Shown in pieces: positions 13,446 to 27,390 of a stretch of 64,000 nt of DNA. This DNA is from Octopus bimaculoides (taxonomy: Eukaryota), in contig NC_069003.1 of NCBI RefSeq assembly GCF_001194135.2, positions 19,996,049 to 20,060,048 on the forward strand. Reading direction: 5' to 3'. Under the pieces are notes generated by a model that was not told where the DNA came from, searched no databases, and saw nothing but the letters and a program-made list of their open reading frames with translations. The number at the start of each line of letters is the position of its first letter. Within the stretch, counting starts at the first letter, position 1. Made by a program: the position numbers and the translations under genes.

Positions 13446-13737
13446 TGTCGTGCATGGGAAAAGAGGTTTACCTATCTTCCTCTCTCGTCTTCACCTGTCT
13501 AGTAGTAGTCACTCCGGCGATCCCACCTACCCCCATCACCCAGTAAAAGCAGCTACTATCTCACCAACCCGAGAGCGAATTCCCTCACACCCATTTGCAA
13601 TGCTTCGGCCAGCCAAAAGAGGATAACCCTGTTCTGTCCCCCCAGCACTTCCCTTCTCATGTGTCTTCTTCCAGTCAGTCCCTTGACCATTGACATCATG
13701 GCCCTCTTCTTCCAGCTCATCCCACAAACTCACAACA
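13446..13737 (-). repeat. 5' LTR (292 bp)
   Basis: TG...CA ends with a 7-bp imperfect terminal inverted repeat (TGTCGTG/CACAACA); its first ~60 bp recur at 11350. Confidence 0.8.
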
Positions 13738-15489
13738 GTTCTCTCTCCTACTACTTCCTATTTCCATATAAAGCTCACACTGTCTTGTGCTCACATTGTC
13801 CCCCATCAGATGCATCCAGTTTCTCAAACATAGATCATGTCATACTTTGCTTCTTTCCTTTATTTCTCTCCTGTCATCTTTACTCTAATGATGGACTGTC
13901 TAAAGCATTGGATACTCCACTTCCCACAGCAATTCACTGTACTTTTTCCAGATAATGGTGTTCAATGCTGAGGTGCCTAATACAGAAATACAAATGATGA
14001 AGAAAGAAATAAACCAACTATTCTATCAAATAACCAGAGCTCACATTATTGATGAAGTGAATTATTATGTGAAATATGTACCATTATTTTCACAACAATG
14101 AGTTTGATGATACACAAAATTTAATACATCACTGTCTTAAATTCCTGCTTACAATTGATTTTTATCATTTATTTATAAAGTCAATAAAATAAGAATCAGT
14201 GAAACATTGAAGTTGATTCAGTTGATTGAACACTCATACCCTTACAATAACAGCTTTATACTAAGCAATGGAAATGCTTATTTTCACCTGACCTGCTGAA
14301 AATTGCAGCCAGATCTCCCTCAAATCACAACCCTATCATCTTAAATAAAAATGGATACATTCAACAAGAGAGCCTCTGATATCCTATATCAGAGAAAAGT
14401 TGGGATAGGTGTCAACAGTATCAGGAATAATGTTTTGCAGTATTCATTCCACCCTTCTGCATGCAGAGTTCAAATCCTGCAATAGTTAACTATACCTTCC
14501 ATTTTTTTCAGGGTTAATTAAGTGCTAACATTGGGGTTAATTCATCTCCCCAACTCTTTCTTGCTTCCTCCACCCCAACACAGTCTCCCCCCACTTCTCT
14601 TTCTGGGAGAAATCAGTTATGTCAGACTTGGAGAGGAATGAGCTCTGCAAGGTTTAAAAGTACAAACCAATTTGTTTTACCTTCTCCAACAACTAAGTCG
14701 ATTCCATGTCAATGAGGGTGATCATCCAACCTGCAAGAAACAGCAGTTAAATTCTCTCCTCCCCACTCCAACCAAACCCTTCTACCTCTGATAATAATAA
14801 AAGGAAATAATGAACAAAGGTCATCCCTGGTATAAAAAAAAAAAACCGATAGTGTAAACAAGAATATCTTTGCTCATTGATCAGATCAATCAGATCAGCT
14901 TTCATAGTAAACAAGAAGAGCCCATTTGATTTTCTACTCATGCTGAATTAACATTATCTCGACTTCCTTTAATAGCTGAATAGATGATAGCTCATATAAT
15001 TATGTATAACTTCAAGACAGTATAAAAACTAAATCATAAATTTTGGAAAGAACTCTTACTATTTATTTAAAAGTTATTTCATTTATACTATGTAAAACAG
15101 TTCTGTGATGTTACCATAACAAGAAAAAATAATCAAAAATACTTTTTAGAAGATATTATATGTAGGAAATATAGCAGCTGAAACTAATCAGAAAATAGAC
15201 TGATTGGAATTAGTGAAGAAAGAGACATAAAAGACAAGATTAATCATTTGATAAATTCTTAGTATTCCAGTGCATGAAAATGAGAAATTTATCAAGAAGT
15301 ATAATTGTTATATGGTATGAGAGGAGAGAACTGGTTATAAATAAAAAATAAAATAAGCTGTTTGTGTTGATGTTATTTATGTACAAAAATAAAACAAATT
15401 ACTAAGTTCAAATACAATTTATTTTTAGCTTTAGATTGTAAGAATGTAGGACAGATTATTGAATCAAGTTTCATTTATGCTAAGTCAAA

Positions 15490-15533
<44 letters not shown>

Positions 15534-15799
15534 CATACACACAAGCATAAACACATAAATTTTAAAAAGCATGCATCATAAATTAACACAGGAAAATAGC
15601 AATAAAAGGGAGAAAATACTTAGGAAAGCTTACTATTCTGTATGATATACCACCATAAAGTTTTTCTTTTTTTTTCAATTAAAAAAAAAAAACCATGTAA
15701 CTCATAAAATACAAAGTGCAGTGCCTACATGAAGTAACTCTCCTAAAACATTGCCAAGAGTTATCAACATCAAATTTCACCTTTTACCAATTTTCTACC

Positions 15800-15831
<32 letters not shown>

Positions 15832-17839
15832 ATCAGCTAACCTGCATTAATACAAATTGAACATTAACTACATTAACCTTACTTTAGTATTAGAGTTTCT
15901 AGAAGAGTTCACTCAGTTCAACTGCCGTGAGCAGTGAAGAATCTAATATGTCAGGTTCTTCTAGCCTTCATTTGAGAAAGATTGAGAATGTGTTGATGCT
16001 TGCACTGAAAGCTAATAAAATTATTTTTGATGCAGATACGACTTTCCTCAGAATCTAGATTTTTTTTTATCCTTGATCAGTATAGTAAGGACAGATGAAG
16101 CTCAGCTATAAATGGTAATCCATCTAGGAAAACACAACGCCAAACAAAAACTATGCATATTGCTCATGCCAGGCACTATATCACATATTACAAAGATTTC
16201 AGAGCAAAGGGCAGGTAAGGCTATATGCCTAAATCAGTTAGAGCAGGTATATGAGAAATTGTTCCTCTGCAGTCCTTAAATGGAATTGTAAAATTTAACT
16301 GGAGAAAACAATTATTGAAAATTTTGTACTTCCAGTTTGGTCAGACCAAGACGAAAATGATAACATCACTTGATGATAAAAGGCAAAACTGATCTCAATG
16401 GGATTTGAATTCTAAGTGTAAAGAATTGGAGCAAATACCACAAGGCATCTTTTCTGATACTAACAATTTTGCTAATACACTGTCTTTTCAATAAGGATGA
16501 TAGCTGTTTCTAAATTAGGCTTTGATCAAACATTTAGGGAAAGCAGAACAGCTGATTACATTGACTCTAGTACTTTGGTTAATCCACATTACTCCACAAG
16601 GGGCATAGGGTCAGTTTCCCTGTTTCTCTGACATATATATTCCTCCTTGGATGGGACACTGCTCTGTCACAGGATTACTCATTTTTACCAGCTGAGTGGA
16701 CTGGAACAACATGAAATGAAGCATTTTGCTCAAGCACACAAGGCATTACCCAGCCCAGGAATCTGAAACCACAATCTTACAATCATCAGTCCAACACCCT
16801 AAATACTAAGCCACTCATCTCCACTAGTACTTAACTGGCACTTTATTTTATTGACTGGTGGTGAAAGGCAACTTTAACACAAGCAAGAACTTGGAATAGA
16901 GAGAAGGAGAAGATGACTGCAAGGTATCTTATCTAATGCTCAACTAATTCTACTATCTACAGCCTTTTAAATGATAATAAAATTATTACTATTATTATTA
17001 TTAGTAGTAGTAGTATTAATAATAATCCTTTCTGCTATAGGCACAAGGCCTGAAATTTGGGGAGAGGAAGGCTGATTGATTACATTGATCCCAGTGTTCA
17101 ACTGGTATGTATTTCATTGACTCCAAAAGGATGAAAGGCAAACTTGACCTCAGCAGAATATAAACTCAGAACATAAAGGAGGACCACCATATTATTATTA
17201 ATAATAAAACAGTTTTAAAATAAATGTGATATAAATGCCTTCACATCCAGGATGTGAGTAAATACCACAAGGCATTTTTGTCTGATGCTTTAACAATTCT
17301 GCTGATCCACCATTATAAATATATTTATTTGTTATCATAAGAATTGATAAATTCCATAACACATATTACTCATAACTGCTCTGAGTTCCCACAGGATAAA
17401 CTTACAAACAGCTTAAACGCTGAAAAGTCATAAAAAAAAAACTAGATTTGCTGCTGCCCACACAGCTCTTTCAACTCAAAATTTATACTACTCTATACTA
17501 GTGAATTAGAAGCTTCTATGGGAATTCCATATCATTTCATTTATTTGTAGATATAAGTGTGACAACTTTCAATAATTTACAGTTTATTATCTATTATCTT
17601 TTATTACAATTATTTATTTGCTTTTTATATGGGATGAAGCATTTAATGATGTTTACTAAAATCTTATTACACAATGCTAATGATTAATACACAGATATTC
17701 AGTTTATATTTGACATTTAGGATTAGAAAGAGGAGGGGTGGATTATTTATCAACTGCCTAAATACTGTAGGTTTTGAAGAGACTAGTGCTGGTAGTCTGC
17801 ATAAGCATGAAAGAAGATGAGCTACTTGAGCTTATTGCT

Positions 17840-18590
17840 GTCCACATGAACCAAGAAGACTAGTGGCTGTCTACATGAGCCAAAAAAAAAAGAGGTCAGT
17901 CGCAGTCTACATGAGTCAAGGAGGCCAGTGGCTGTCTACATGAGTCAAAGAGGCCAGTGGCTGTCTACATGAATAAATCAAGGAGGCCAGCGGCTGTCTA
18001 CATGAGTCAAGGAGGCCAGTGGCTGTCTACATGAATGAGTCAAGGAGGCCAGTGGCTGTCTACATGAATCAAGGAGGCCAGTGGCTGTCTACATGAGTCA
18101 AGGAGGTCAGTGGCTGTCTACATGAATCAAGGAGGCCAGTGGCTGTCTACATGAGCAAAAAAATGAGGTCAGTGGCTGTCTACATGAGTCAAGGAGGCCA
18201 GTGGCTGTCTACATGAGTCAAAGAGGCCAGTGGCTGTCTACATGAGTCAAAGAGGCCAGTGGCTGTCTACATGAATGAATCAAGGAGGCCAGTGGCAGTC
18301 TACATGAGTCAAGGAGGCCAGTGGCTGTCTACGAGTCAAGGAGGCCAGTGGCTGTCTACATGAGTCAAGGAGGCCAGTGGCTGTCTACATGGGTCAAGGA
18401 GGCCAGTGGCTGTCTACATGCGTCAGGGAGGCCAGTGACTGTCTACATGAGTCAAGGAGGCCAGTGGCTGTCTACATGAGTCAAGGAGGTCAGTGGCTGT
18501 CTATGTGAGTCAAACAGGTCTGTGGTTATTTACATGAGCCAAGGGAGATAGTGGTCTACATGGATTTAGGAGGCTACTTGTTATCTACAT
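17840..18590. repeat. Minisatellite, 29-bp unit GAGGCCAGTGGCTGTCTACATGAGTCAAG, about 24 copies
   Basis: Head-to-tail units with +4 (ATGA) and -2 variants; degenerate at both edges. Confidence 0.95.
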
Positions 18591-19419
18591 GAGCTATGGT
18601 ATTCTGAACAAACAAAACTCATTTCAATAAAATTTAATAACTGAATCATGTTAATGTATGATGAGAAGAAAATTCTAGTGTTAAGACACCATTGTTGTAC
18701 AAAGAAAGAGCAGCAACTAGTGTAAATAGTATATCTAGGATGGTGTAATTTGATGAGGTCATTGGTTACTTTTTCTCATAGCCAGGCGACTATATAAATG
18801 CTTCCTTGTTAGCTTGTTGTTCAAGAGTTTCACAAATACATACAGCTGAGAATAATGATAATGCTGGGATTAGATGGAGTACCATTTACAGGGTGTTTCA
18901 ATAGTATTGGACCTCTCTATTTCACATAGCTTTATTTTCCAAATGCTACATAAAACAACTAACAAAAATCCATTCTAGGTTGCCTCATTATACTCAGATT
19001 AAAAATGCAAAGCTATTTTAAACATTTGGAAGGCATAAATTAATAGAAAATAATTAGAGAAAATACTTTGCTTTAAACACAGCAATAACTGAAAAGAAAG
19101 AACTAGATAAAAATTCTTTCTGATTTCTATAATGAAATACATCACTTGTAAGAAAAATATTAATTGCTTAAAAATAAAAAGCATCAAAAAAAATTTATTT
19201 CATTAACAATTCTAATTACATTACAACTGATGAGAAATTACAGTGCAACATCCTTGATCTAGCTCTCAGCTACAAAAGGTTTTAAAACAGATTCTGTAAA
19301 CCATAGCAAAGTCTTGATATTGAAGCATCAAAATAAAATAGATTTATTCTACCAGAAGTAAATTTAATTACAAATAAATAAATTGATGGCTAATTTGTTA
19401 ACATGGTGTTTGTTATCGA

Positions 19420-19537
19420 TGTCGTTTAGCTTCAAACCAGCCTTCAATTAGCAGACCTATAATCAAAAGGTATTTCACCTATGACCATCCAATCTTATTT
19501 TCAGACATAGCACATCCTAAGACCAAGTTATTCAATA

Positions 19538-19572
<35 letters not shown>

Positions 19573-19650
19573 AGCAGCGTAATTTGATGGAAATTTGACT
19601 AATATTTCGAGCAAATCAAATGACCATGTAGTTGCTTGTAATTCCATATT
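19420..19650 (+). repeat. Abundant ~200-bp dispersed repeat family D
   Basis: Motifs GATCAAAGG-ATT-CAGCCATGACCATCC and GTGTGATTTGAGGGAGATTTGGCTGCTATTTCTAG recur at about 500, 690, 1060, 5120, 14290, 19670, 21760, 30330, 31260, 37690, 51190, 51720, 53310, 62120 and 62300. Confidence 0.7.
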
Positions 19651-22519
19651 GAGCTACATGTAAGACTTGATCCAGTAGATCTAAGATCAATGAAATTCAA
19701 TTCATGATCATCCTGTCTTTTTCTAAAGCATTATCCAATGTGTCATCTCTTTTCAAAACAACAGCATGTAATTTGAGGGAGGTGTACTCATTAAATGTTT
19801 CAATAGATTGCACAACTGAGTTTGGGTCTTATACCTAAAGGGTTGTCTGGACAGTAGACCACAAAAAAGAAAAGAAAACTATACTAGTGTTCAAATGTTT
19901 CACATATTTTCAATGAATCAAGCAAAAAGAGCTGAGGAAATAAACTGCTGGTGTGTATGTAGCAGGCCCTCATCATCATCGTCGTTTAACGTTCACTTTC
20001 CATGCTAGCATGGGTTGGACGATTTGACTGAGGACTGGTGAAACCAGATGGCTACACCAGGCTCCAATCTGATTTGGCAGAGTTTCTACAGCTGGATGCC
20101 CTTCCTAATGCCAACCACTCAGAGAGTGTAGTGGGTGCTTTTTACGTGCTACCGGCACGAAGGCCAGTCAGGCGGTACTGGCAACAGCCACGCTCAAAAT
20201 GGTCAGTTCCTGTAAAAGTTGTAGAGGTGCCATCATGACATGTAGCACATTTTGGACAGTTTAAAAACTTGTAAAGCCCACCTCTCTTCAGATCAAACCA
20301 CAGCCAATTTCTTTCAGAGAATGTGGTGGGGGTGGACAGAAAAAAATTAACTCCGGTATTAAACCCTGAAAGAATGAAAAGCATAAATGGCCCCAGTAGG
20401 ATTTTAAATCTCAGTGTAGAAGGCTGGAATACCACAAAACATGTTCTCTAACGCTCTAATGACTCTGCCACCTCATCCAAATTGTCACCTTAATTAGCAA
20501 GTTAAAGAATTTAAAAGTGGAATAAATTAGTTTGTTTTTATTTTACTTTTGTTTTCTCTTTTTTTTTTTCTTGACGCTCTAATGATTCTGCCAGCTCACC
20601 ACTCTTACTAAAAGTAACAGAAGAAATCAGTTAACGAATCACATTTTCATTTTGTTGCTCTCTTAAAAGTTAGTCATAATCAATCTTAATCTTTTGACCA
20701 AACTATAAGCAACACTTTTTGGTTGGTATGTCCTGAAATATTCACAATGAATCTACAAACACTAACTAGGAAGAAAATACAATGACAAACTAGAAACCAC
20801 AAACCATCAATATCATTAATCCCAGATGAGCAAATCCTATTCTTTGACTGACATTACTAATGTTTTATATAAAGGTAATCGATCAAATGATAGATGATGA
20901 TGATGACACTAAAGCAAGAAACCATTCTTAGCTTGAAAATAAAATAAAATAAGTAAACAACTCCTATTTTCCTTTAATTCAATTTTTGCAACTAAAAACA
21001 GTTTATCTGTACTTTACATATTTTTCTAAAAGCAAATGAGAATTCTGATCTGACTTCGCTTTGCATTTACACTAATGTTTCAATTCCCAGACTGTCAATG
21101 CAAACACAAGATTAGCGAATTTGTTAAAAAGCACCACAGTGTTTCACACAAAGGAATCAATTAGTTTTACGTGTCAGTTTGAGAGGTTTAAGGACACTGG
21201 AATATGTCCAAACTATGAAAGCTCAATACATTTAATACAAGCTAAATAATAGATACCAGAATTAATACTAAATACCATTTATGTGTACATTGTATACACA
21301 CAGATAGACAGACATCCACACATACATATTGTGAGACAAACATACAACCACACACATACACTACTAACATAAATACAGAGAGACATGAACACACAGACTC
21401 ACAAACATAGCCACACATACACATTTATTGATTATGGTAGCTGGATATTTACATAAATAATTAAAAACCAATTTTTGGCCATGAAATACTACAAATATTG
21501 ACTTCATCTTAGACAATATATAACTGTATATCAAAAGTTGTGAACATAAGAGAGATAAAACATTCATTAAAACCAAAATGGATTGAAAATTTATCAAGAT
21601 ATTGTTACCAGCCCATCCTCTGTCAAACCAAGTCACAAATCAACAATAGGTCCTTTTCTTAATAGAAGCAACATCAATAACTTCATTAATCCACAAGCTA
21701 ATTAATAGGGCCTCTACATACGACCTTTTAGAAACAGCAGACAAATCACTCTTAAATCATATTCAATGGTTTTTAGAAAGGAAAAAAGACATATAAAATA
21801 ATGGTATTCAAGGTACCCCTTCAAGAGTTGGAATGGTCATAGCTGGAATGCTTTTGATCATGAATCTCTATGACCAGGTCTGATCCAAGACTGAATATCA
21901 CCACTAATAACAACAAGCTCGTTAATCCCCAAGCGCTGTACTGGGTTTCATATGATCAGAGATTAGTGTAAAAGAACCACAACCATCATACTCTACCACA
22001 GGAGTCTCCCACCACCCAGCCACAGACCAGTACTGGGTCATGGATCATTTGTGTCAGGCAACACAAAAGGAATAAATCTTTTGAGATGTATTATATATAT
22101 TACAATAGAATAATTACATTTGCATTGTATATGTAATGATTAAATTATATATTATGCACTTTATTGTGTTTTGTTATGCACTTGAGTCCCCAGTTCATGG
22201 GAAAATTGTCTTGCAGGAAACCAGTCTGGAGATTGCTGTTCCAACAGACAAGTCACTTGCCTCCATGGTGCCTCCTAACACCACCACTAGAGCAAAAAAA
22301 AAACAACATTCCCAGGCTGTTATACTGCATCTCTTATAATAAATTACCGAGGGTGTTTTAAATACACAGTACGATCCTCAACAAGAAGGAAGGCACAAAA
22401 AACAAAGTAGTGAACGAGTGTGTGATTCACACCTATATAGCCACTTGCCCTGCTATAAATAGCAGCCAAATAACCTGAAATAACACCCTAACAGGGTTGA
22501 AAATGAGGACATATTAGAT

Positions 22520-22778
22520 CACTGGTTCTCAACTGAGGTTCATATGGTCCTTGGGGTTCCATAAAAGATTTTGTTGTTAAAATTTATCTCCAATAAATTG
22601 GTTATACTTCTACAATACACAAAATATTTGAATAATTTTTTTTTATACAATTCCTAATATTTAATTATAAAAATATAACAGGAATCTTTTTAAGGAATGG
22701 CTAGGAGGGCTGATCTGAGTAAAATAGGAATCAAAGGGGTCTATAGGTGAGAAGAAAAAAATGGTTGGGAAAAAACTG
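22520..22778. mobile_element. hAT (Charlie-like) MITE
   Basis: Ends CACTGGTTCTCAAC and ...GGTTGGGAAAAAACTG; 8-bp TSD TATTAGAT/CATTAGAT; sister copy at 28420-28664. Confidence 0.75.
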
Positions 22779-23253
22779 CATTAGATAATACCAACCTAGA
22801 CAGACACAGTCACTCTTAGACAGACAAAATCATAAGGAGTGGAACATTTTGATCACAGGTTTGTTGGACCAGGATCAACTGGAGGTGGGGGCAGGGTTAA
22901 ACAACATAAACTTTCTTGATTAACACCTACTTTCATCCCCTAAACGCCACCCAGATTAAAACACTGATGCATCACAGATACATTTCCATAGTTTATTTCA
23001 TCACAGAAACTTTTATGACCCACTCATTTTCAGATTTAATCTTTCAACTTTTACTTGTTTCAGTCATTAGACTGTGACCATACTGGCACCACCTTCAAGA
23101 ATTTTTAGTCAAGTGAATCAACCCCAGTACTTATACTATTGGTCTCTTTTGCTGAACCGCTAAGTTACCAGAATGTAAACACACCAGCACCAGTTATCAG
23201 CAGATGTGGGGGACAAACACGGACTCAAAGATACACACACACAGAAATCTTGC

Positions 23254-23297
<44 letters not shown>

Positions 23298-24197
23298 GGC
23301 TCTTTTTTCAGTTTCCATCTACCAAATCCACTCACAAGGTTTTGGTTGGCCCAAGGCTATAGTAGAAGACACTTGCCCAAGGTGCCATGCAGTGGAATGA
23401 ACCTGGAACCATGTGGTCGGGAAGCAAGCTTCTTACCACACAGCTGTACCTGTGCCTAATATTTCTAATCATTACATGGTTCAAAAGCAGCCAAATTAAT
23501 AAGTCCCTTTCCCACAGAATTTCCTCACATGTATCAGAAGAATCTGCAATAACCAGCTTGTCTGAAGTCTCCTTCAGCAAGGATATGGGAAATACAACTA
23601 TTATTCAAAAGAACAATGCTTGAAACAGACTTTCAACACTTTTTTATGCTAATTCAAGAGAAGCAATGATAAAGCTTCTTCAAATATGAGGTTTTTAGTA
23701 ATTTGCTACATAGCAGAACACACATTGATATATCTACACTTCCTATTAGGTATCAAGGAGGGACAGGACCTTTTGTCAGGCTCATGTCAATTCATTCTCA
23801 GGTATTACCTATGGTTGTAGGAAGAAGTTCTTCTTGCTGACATCCAGTGTCATCTATTAACTGATCGACACACCTCTTTGCAAGTTGACCAATGTAATTT
23901 CAACCACAGGAGACCCCCTAATCATCCACATGAGAGACCCTAGTCTCAACAACATATCTGTAGAATTTAATTTAATCAACTGTAAACCCCATCAAAATGT
24001 GTAGCTTTTTGATATGTTAGAAATCATACTGACAGAATCACTACAGTATTTGACAAAATACCTTCGAAATATCAAAGCCATTTTTTGTATATTTTTGTTT
24101 TACTTTCATTTAATTTCAAAAATAAGGAAAGTATATTAAAATAATTTCCTCATTATTAGTCCATAAATTTGCATGAAAAGGTTTAATTTAGATCACT

Positions 24198-24390
24198 TTA
24201 ACTCTTTAGCATTTAAACCAGCCATATCAGGCCAAAATATTCTACCCATTTTAGATTGAAACTGGCCATTCTAAAAATAAACAGTAACATCATCAAAATC
24301 ACAAAGTTACAAGATAATATGATTAATTTTAAACAATGTAAATAAATAAGCATTACATTTGAGAGAGTATTCTGAATGTTATAAGGTTAA
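24198..24390. mobile_element. piggyBac-like MITE with TTAA TSD
   Basis: TTAA-CTCTTTAGCATT...AATGTTATAAGG-TTAA; inverted sister copy at 49686-49907; partial copies near 26560 and 27540. Confidence 0.7.
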
Positions 24391-25654
24391 AACAAGGGGT
24401 CTGTACCATATAATCAAGGGTGATTTGGGGTGGGTTAAGTACAGCTTTACATTCAGATAAAATCCTACCAAGGTTCCTGTTACCTTTCATCTTTCTGAGG
24501 TTGACAAATTAAGTGCCAGCTAAACATTAGGGTTGATGTAGTCAACTCCAACCAAAATTTCTGGCCTTATGCAGTTTTATAAATCTTTATTGTTAAGTGT
24601 AACAGAATGAATAAACCATACACAAGACGTTTTAGCCTTATAGAGTAAAAAGAAGCTTCACTAATGTCGGTGCCATGATAAAATGTACCAAGTGCACTCT
24701 GTAAATCAGTTAGTGAATAAGCAAGACAATGTTGAGTGGAGAGGACCTATTAGTCTTGACAATGACACCCTTTCTAATGCCAGTGACATGATGAAAAAGA
24801 ATCCAGTATATTCTATAAAGTGGTTTGTGTTAGGAAGGGTATAGAATCAAGTCAAAACATGAAACCTATGAGTGATATGTAATTCTCCAATTCCTTTAAG
24901 AACTGACTCAGATTGTGACTACCCATCCCTCCCATACTAGCAAGGAATGATACAGATATAAAATGATAAGTTTTTACATGATTTTTTTTTTCACTACTTT
25001 TGTAATTTTCCTAAAGAGAGGAACAGAGAGGACTCTAAAACCAACACATCTATTATCAGCCACTGTCTTACATGAACCAAATGAGGGAGCAACTATGCAT
25101 TTACTTGATCAAATCTTTATCTAACTCAAATTATACTTTAAACAGGTAAAACATTGGCTAATGTAGTCCTAGATATACAACAGTTGAGAGAAGAATGGCA
25201 CAGATGAGGGAGAACACTTTTGTTCAACCATAGGTCTGCTTTGTAAGGGAAGCACTACTATACCTAATCAATAATAACTCCAAATCTTTACAAGTCTTAA
25301 GACATCTCTACTCCTCTCACTACATTCTTAGCCCAACCTTTGGCTTACTTTTCAAGTCAATCACCAATTTTAAGCTTTTCTAAGTTATGTCTTAACTAAC
25401 TGCTTTTCACTTACATTTTCTTTTACTTCTCATGCCAATTTACCAATCTATCCATCTCGTGTATTAGCTCAGTTCACAGCACACACCTCACACTACTTCT
25501 CATTCTATCTTTATTGTCCTATCTTTTTCACATTAAACCACACAACTAGAAAATGGAATTCCCTACTTCCTCACCACCGGTACACAATGCCCGCTTTTCA
25601 TATATTCAACTCACAAGATCTCTTTCTTTCAGACATATTCCTGTACGTATGTGC

Positions 25655-25688
<34 letters not shown>

Positions 25689-26128
25689 GCGTGTGTAGAG
25701 AGAGAGATAGAATAAGAGAGTGAGAGAGAGAATGAGAGATTGAGAGAGAGAGTGAGAGAGACAGACAGACAGAAACACATGCATTCATTACCACACTTTC
25801 AGTGCTTCTAAATACTGTATCACTTCCCTAGATCTTTTTGTCTTTTTCCTAAAAACATTCTAAGATACCAAGAAATTCTAAATCTAAACAGCGTATTAGG
25901 AGAGGCTATTATATATACATATATATATTTATATATAATTTATCATATATAGAAAGTGATGGACAGATATTGTGAATATTTTGAAGCTTACAGACACATA
26001 AGTGACAGACAAAAACCTACCTCTAGGCTATAATATGTATGAATTACAAATAACATTTCTTTCCCACTTCAAACCCTGAGGACTAATAGATAGGTAGAAC
26101 TTTATTTTTCTTTTAACTCTGTATCTCT

Positions 26129-26219
<91 letters not shown>

Positions 26220-26380
26220 TGGTACAAATGTGTGATTAAGAAGTATGCTTCCCAACTGTGTGGTTTTGAGTTCAGTCCCACTGCGTAGCACCTTGGGCAA
26301 GTGTCTTCTACTGCAGCCTCAGGCCAACCAATGCTTCATGATTGGATTTGGGAGAGAGAATATGAAAGAAGCTTATCGTC
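26220..26380 (+). mobile_element. tRNA-derived SINE family A
   Basis: B box-like GAGTTCAGTCCC followed by CACCTTGGGCAAGTGTCTTCTA. Other copies at about 2380, 9900, 23290, 27390, 29490, 34060, 34750, 44340, 45810, 46600, 46775, 47490, 49360, 50330 and 60510. Confidence 0.85.
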
Positions 26381-26894
26381 TGTGTGTGTATGTATTGATA
26401 GCTAGAAGGAAGGAGAGAGGCAAGTGTTGCATCACACAAGTAATATTGTTCATTTCCAATCTTCTGACAAAATATGTCTGGACATAGAGATATAGCGCTT
26501 TGGAAACAGGTGAGGGTAAGCACCAGGAAGGGTAGCTGGCCATAGAAAATCTGCCTTCAAGATTTTAAAGATGTGATTGTTAATTTTTAGAATGACATTG
26601 TAGGGAGGTGTGAAAGGCCAGATTTGGCCGTTTTGAACATAAAATAGGTAGAATATTTGGGCCTGATATCTTCTACTTGTTTCAGTCATTAGGCTGTGGC
26701 CATGCTGGAGCACCGCCTTGAAGAATTTTTCAGTCAGATGAATCAATCTCAGGACTTACTTTTTAAGCCTCATACTTACTCTATCCGTCTCTTTTATCAA
26801 ACTAAGTTACAGGGATGTAAACACATCAACACCAGTTGTCAAGTAGTGGGGTGGGGGACAAACACAGATGCAACGATATATACATATAAATACA

Positions 26895-27191
26895 TATAAA
26901 TTAAAGGAAGAGGAAAACAAAACCAAGGCAGGACAAGCTTATTAGATCATTCAAATTATTTTAATTATTATAATGGTGCATTGAAGTAAGCAGAAGTAAA
27001 TAATACTGTCTTGCAGCTGTTTCTGGGATATCCCAGATAATGGATCAATGTGATGCTCAACGTTTCCATATACTGGGTATTCTGTCATTGGAGACAAGAT
27101 ATATATGCAGGAAATTTCTATGTGAGAAAATTTAAATGATCTGATAAGCTTATGCTGACTTGGTTTTGTTTTCCTCTTCCTTTAATTTATA
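26895..27191. mobile_element. TA-flanked MITE with ~60-bp TIRs
   Basis: TAAATTAAAGGAAGAGGAAAACAAAACCAAG at the left and its exact reverse complement at the right; similarity extends to about 60 bp. Confidence 0.75.
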
Positions 27192-27331
27192 GCTGCTAAC
27201 TCAGAAGTAGGCTATGACTCCCCAGCTCTGGCCCCCATTGTGAACATAGATCCAAGTGGCTAATCAATTGGAGCACTTACACAGCGTGCCTATTAGTTTG
27301 GATCACCAGTGGCCTAAACCTTTTCTTATTG

Positions 27332-27390
<59 letters not shown>

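Larger units (their letters stand above)
11350..13737 (-). mobile_element. Degenerate, internally deleted Ty3/Gypsy-type LTR retrotransposon
   Basis: Termini TGTCGTG (11350) and CACAACA (13737); 4-bp TSD-like flanks GCTC/GTTC; LTR sequence repeated at 11350 and 13446; domain order on the minus strand is gag, protease, RT (YVDD), integrase zinc finger. Confidence 0.9.

Noticed and set aside
17840-18590. CRISPR-like array
   Set aside because: Units are contiguous with no unique spacers, there are no cas genes, and the context is eukaryotic.
23740-24070. Second mariner-like remnant (and a TACAGGGTGTTTC TIR-like motif at 18888)
   Set aside because: Only one TIR-like end is visible and there are no recognisable transposase motifs.
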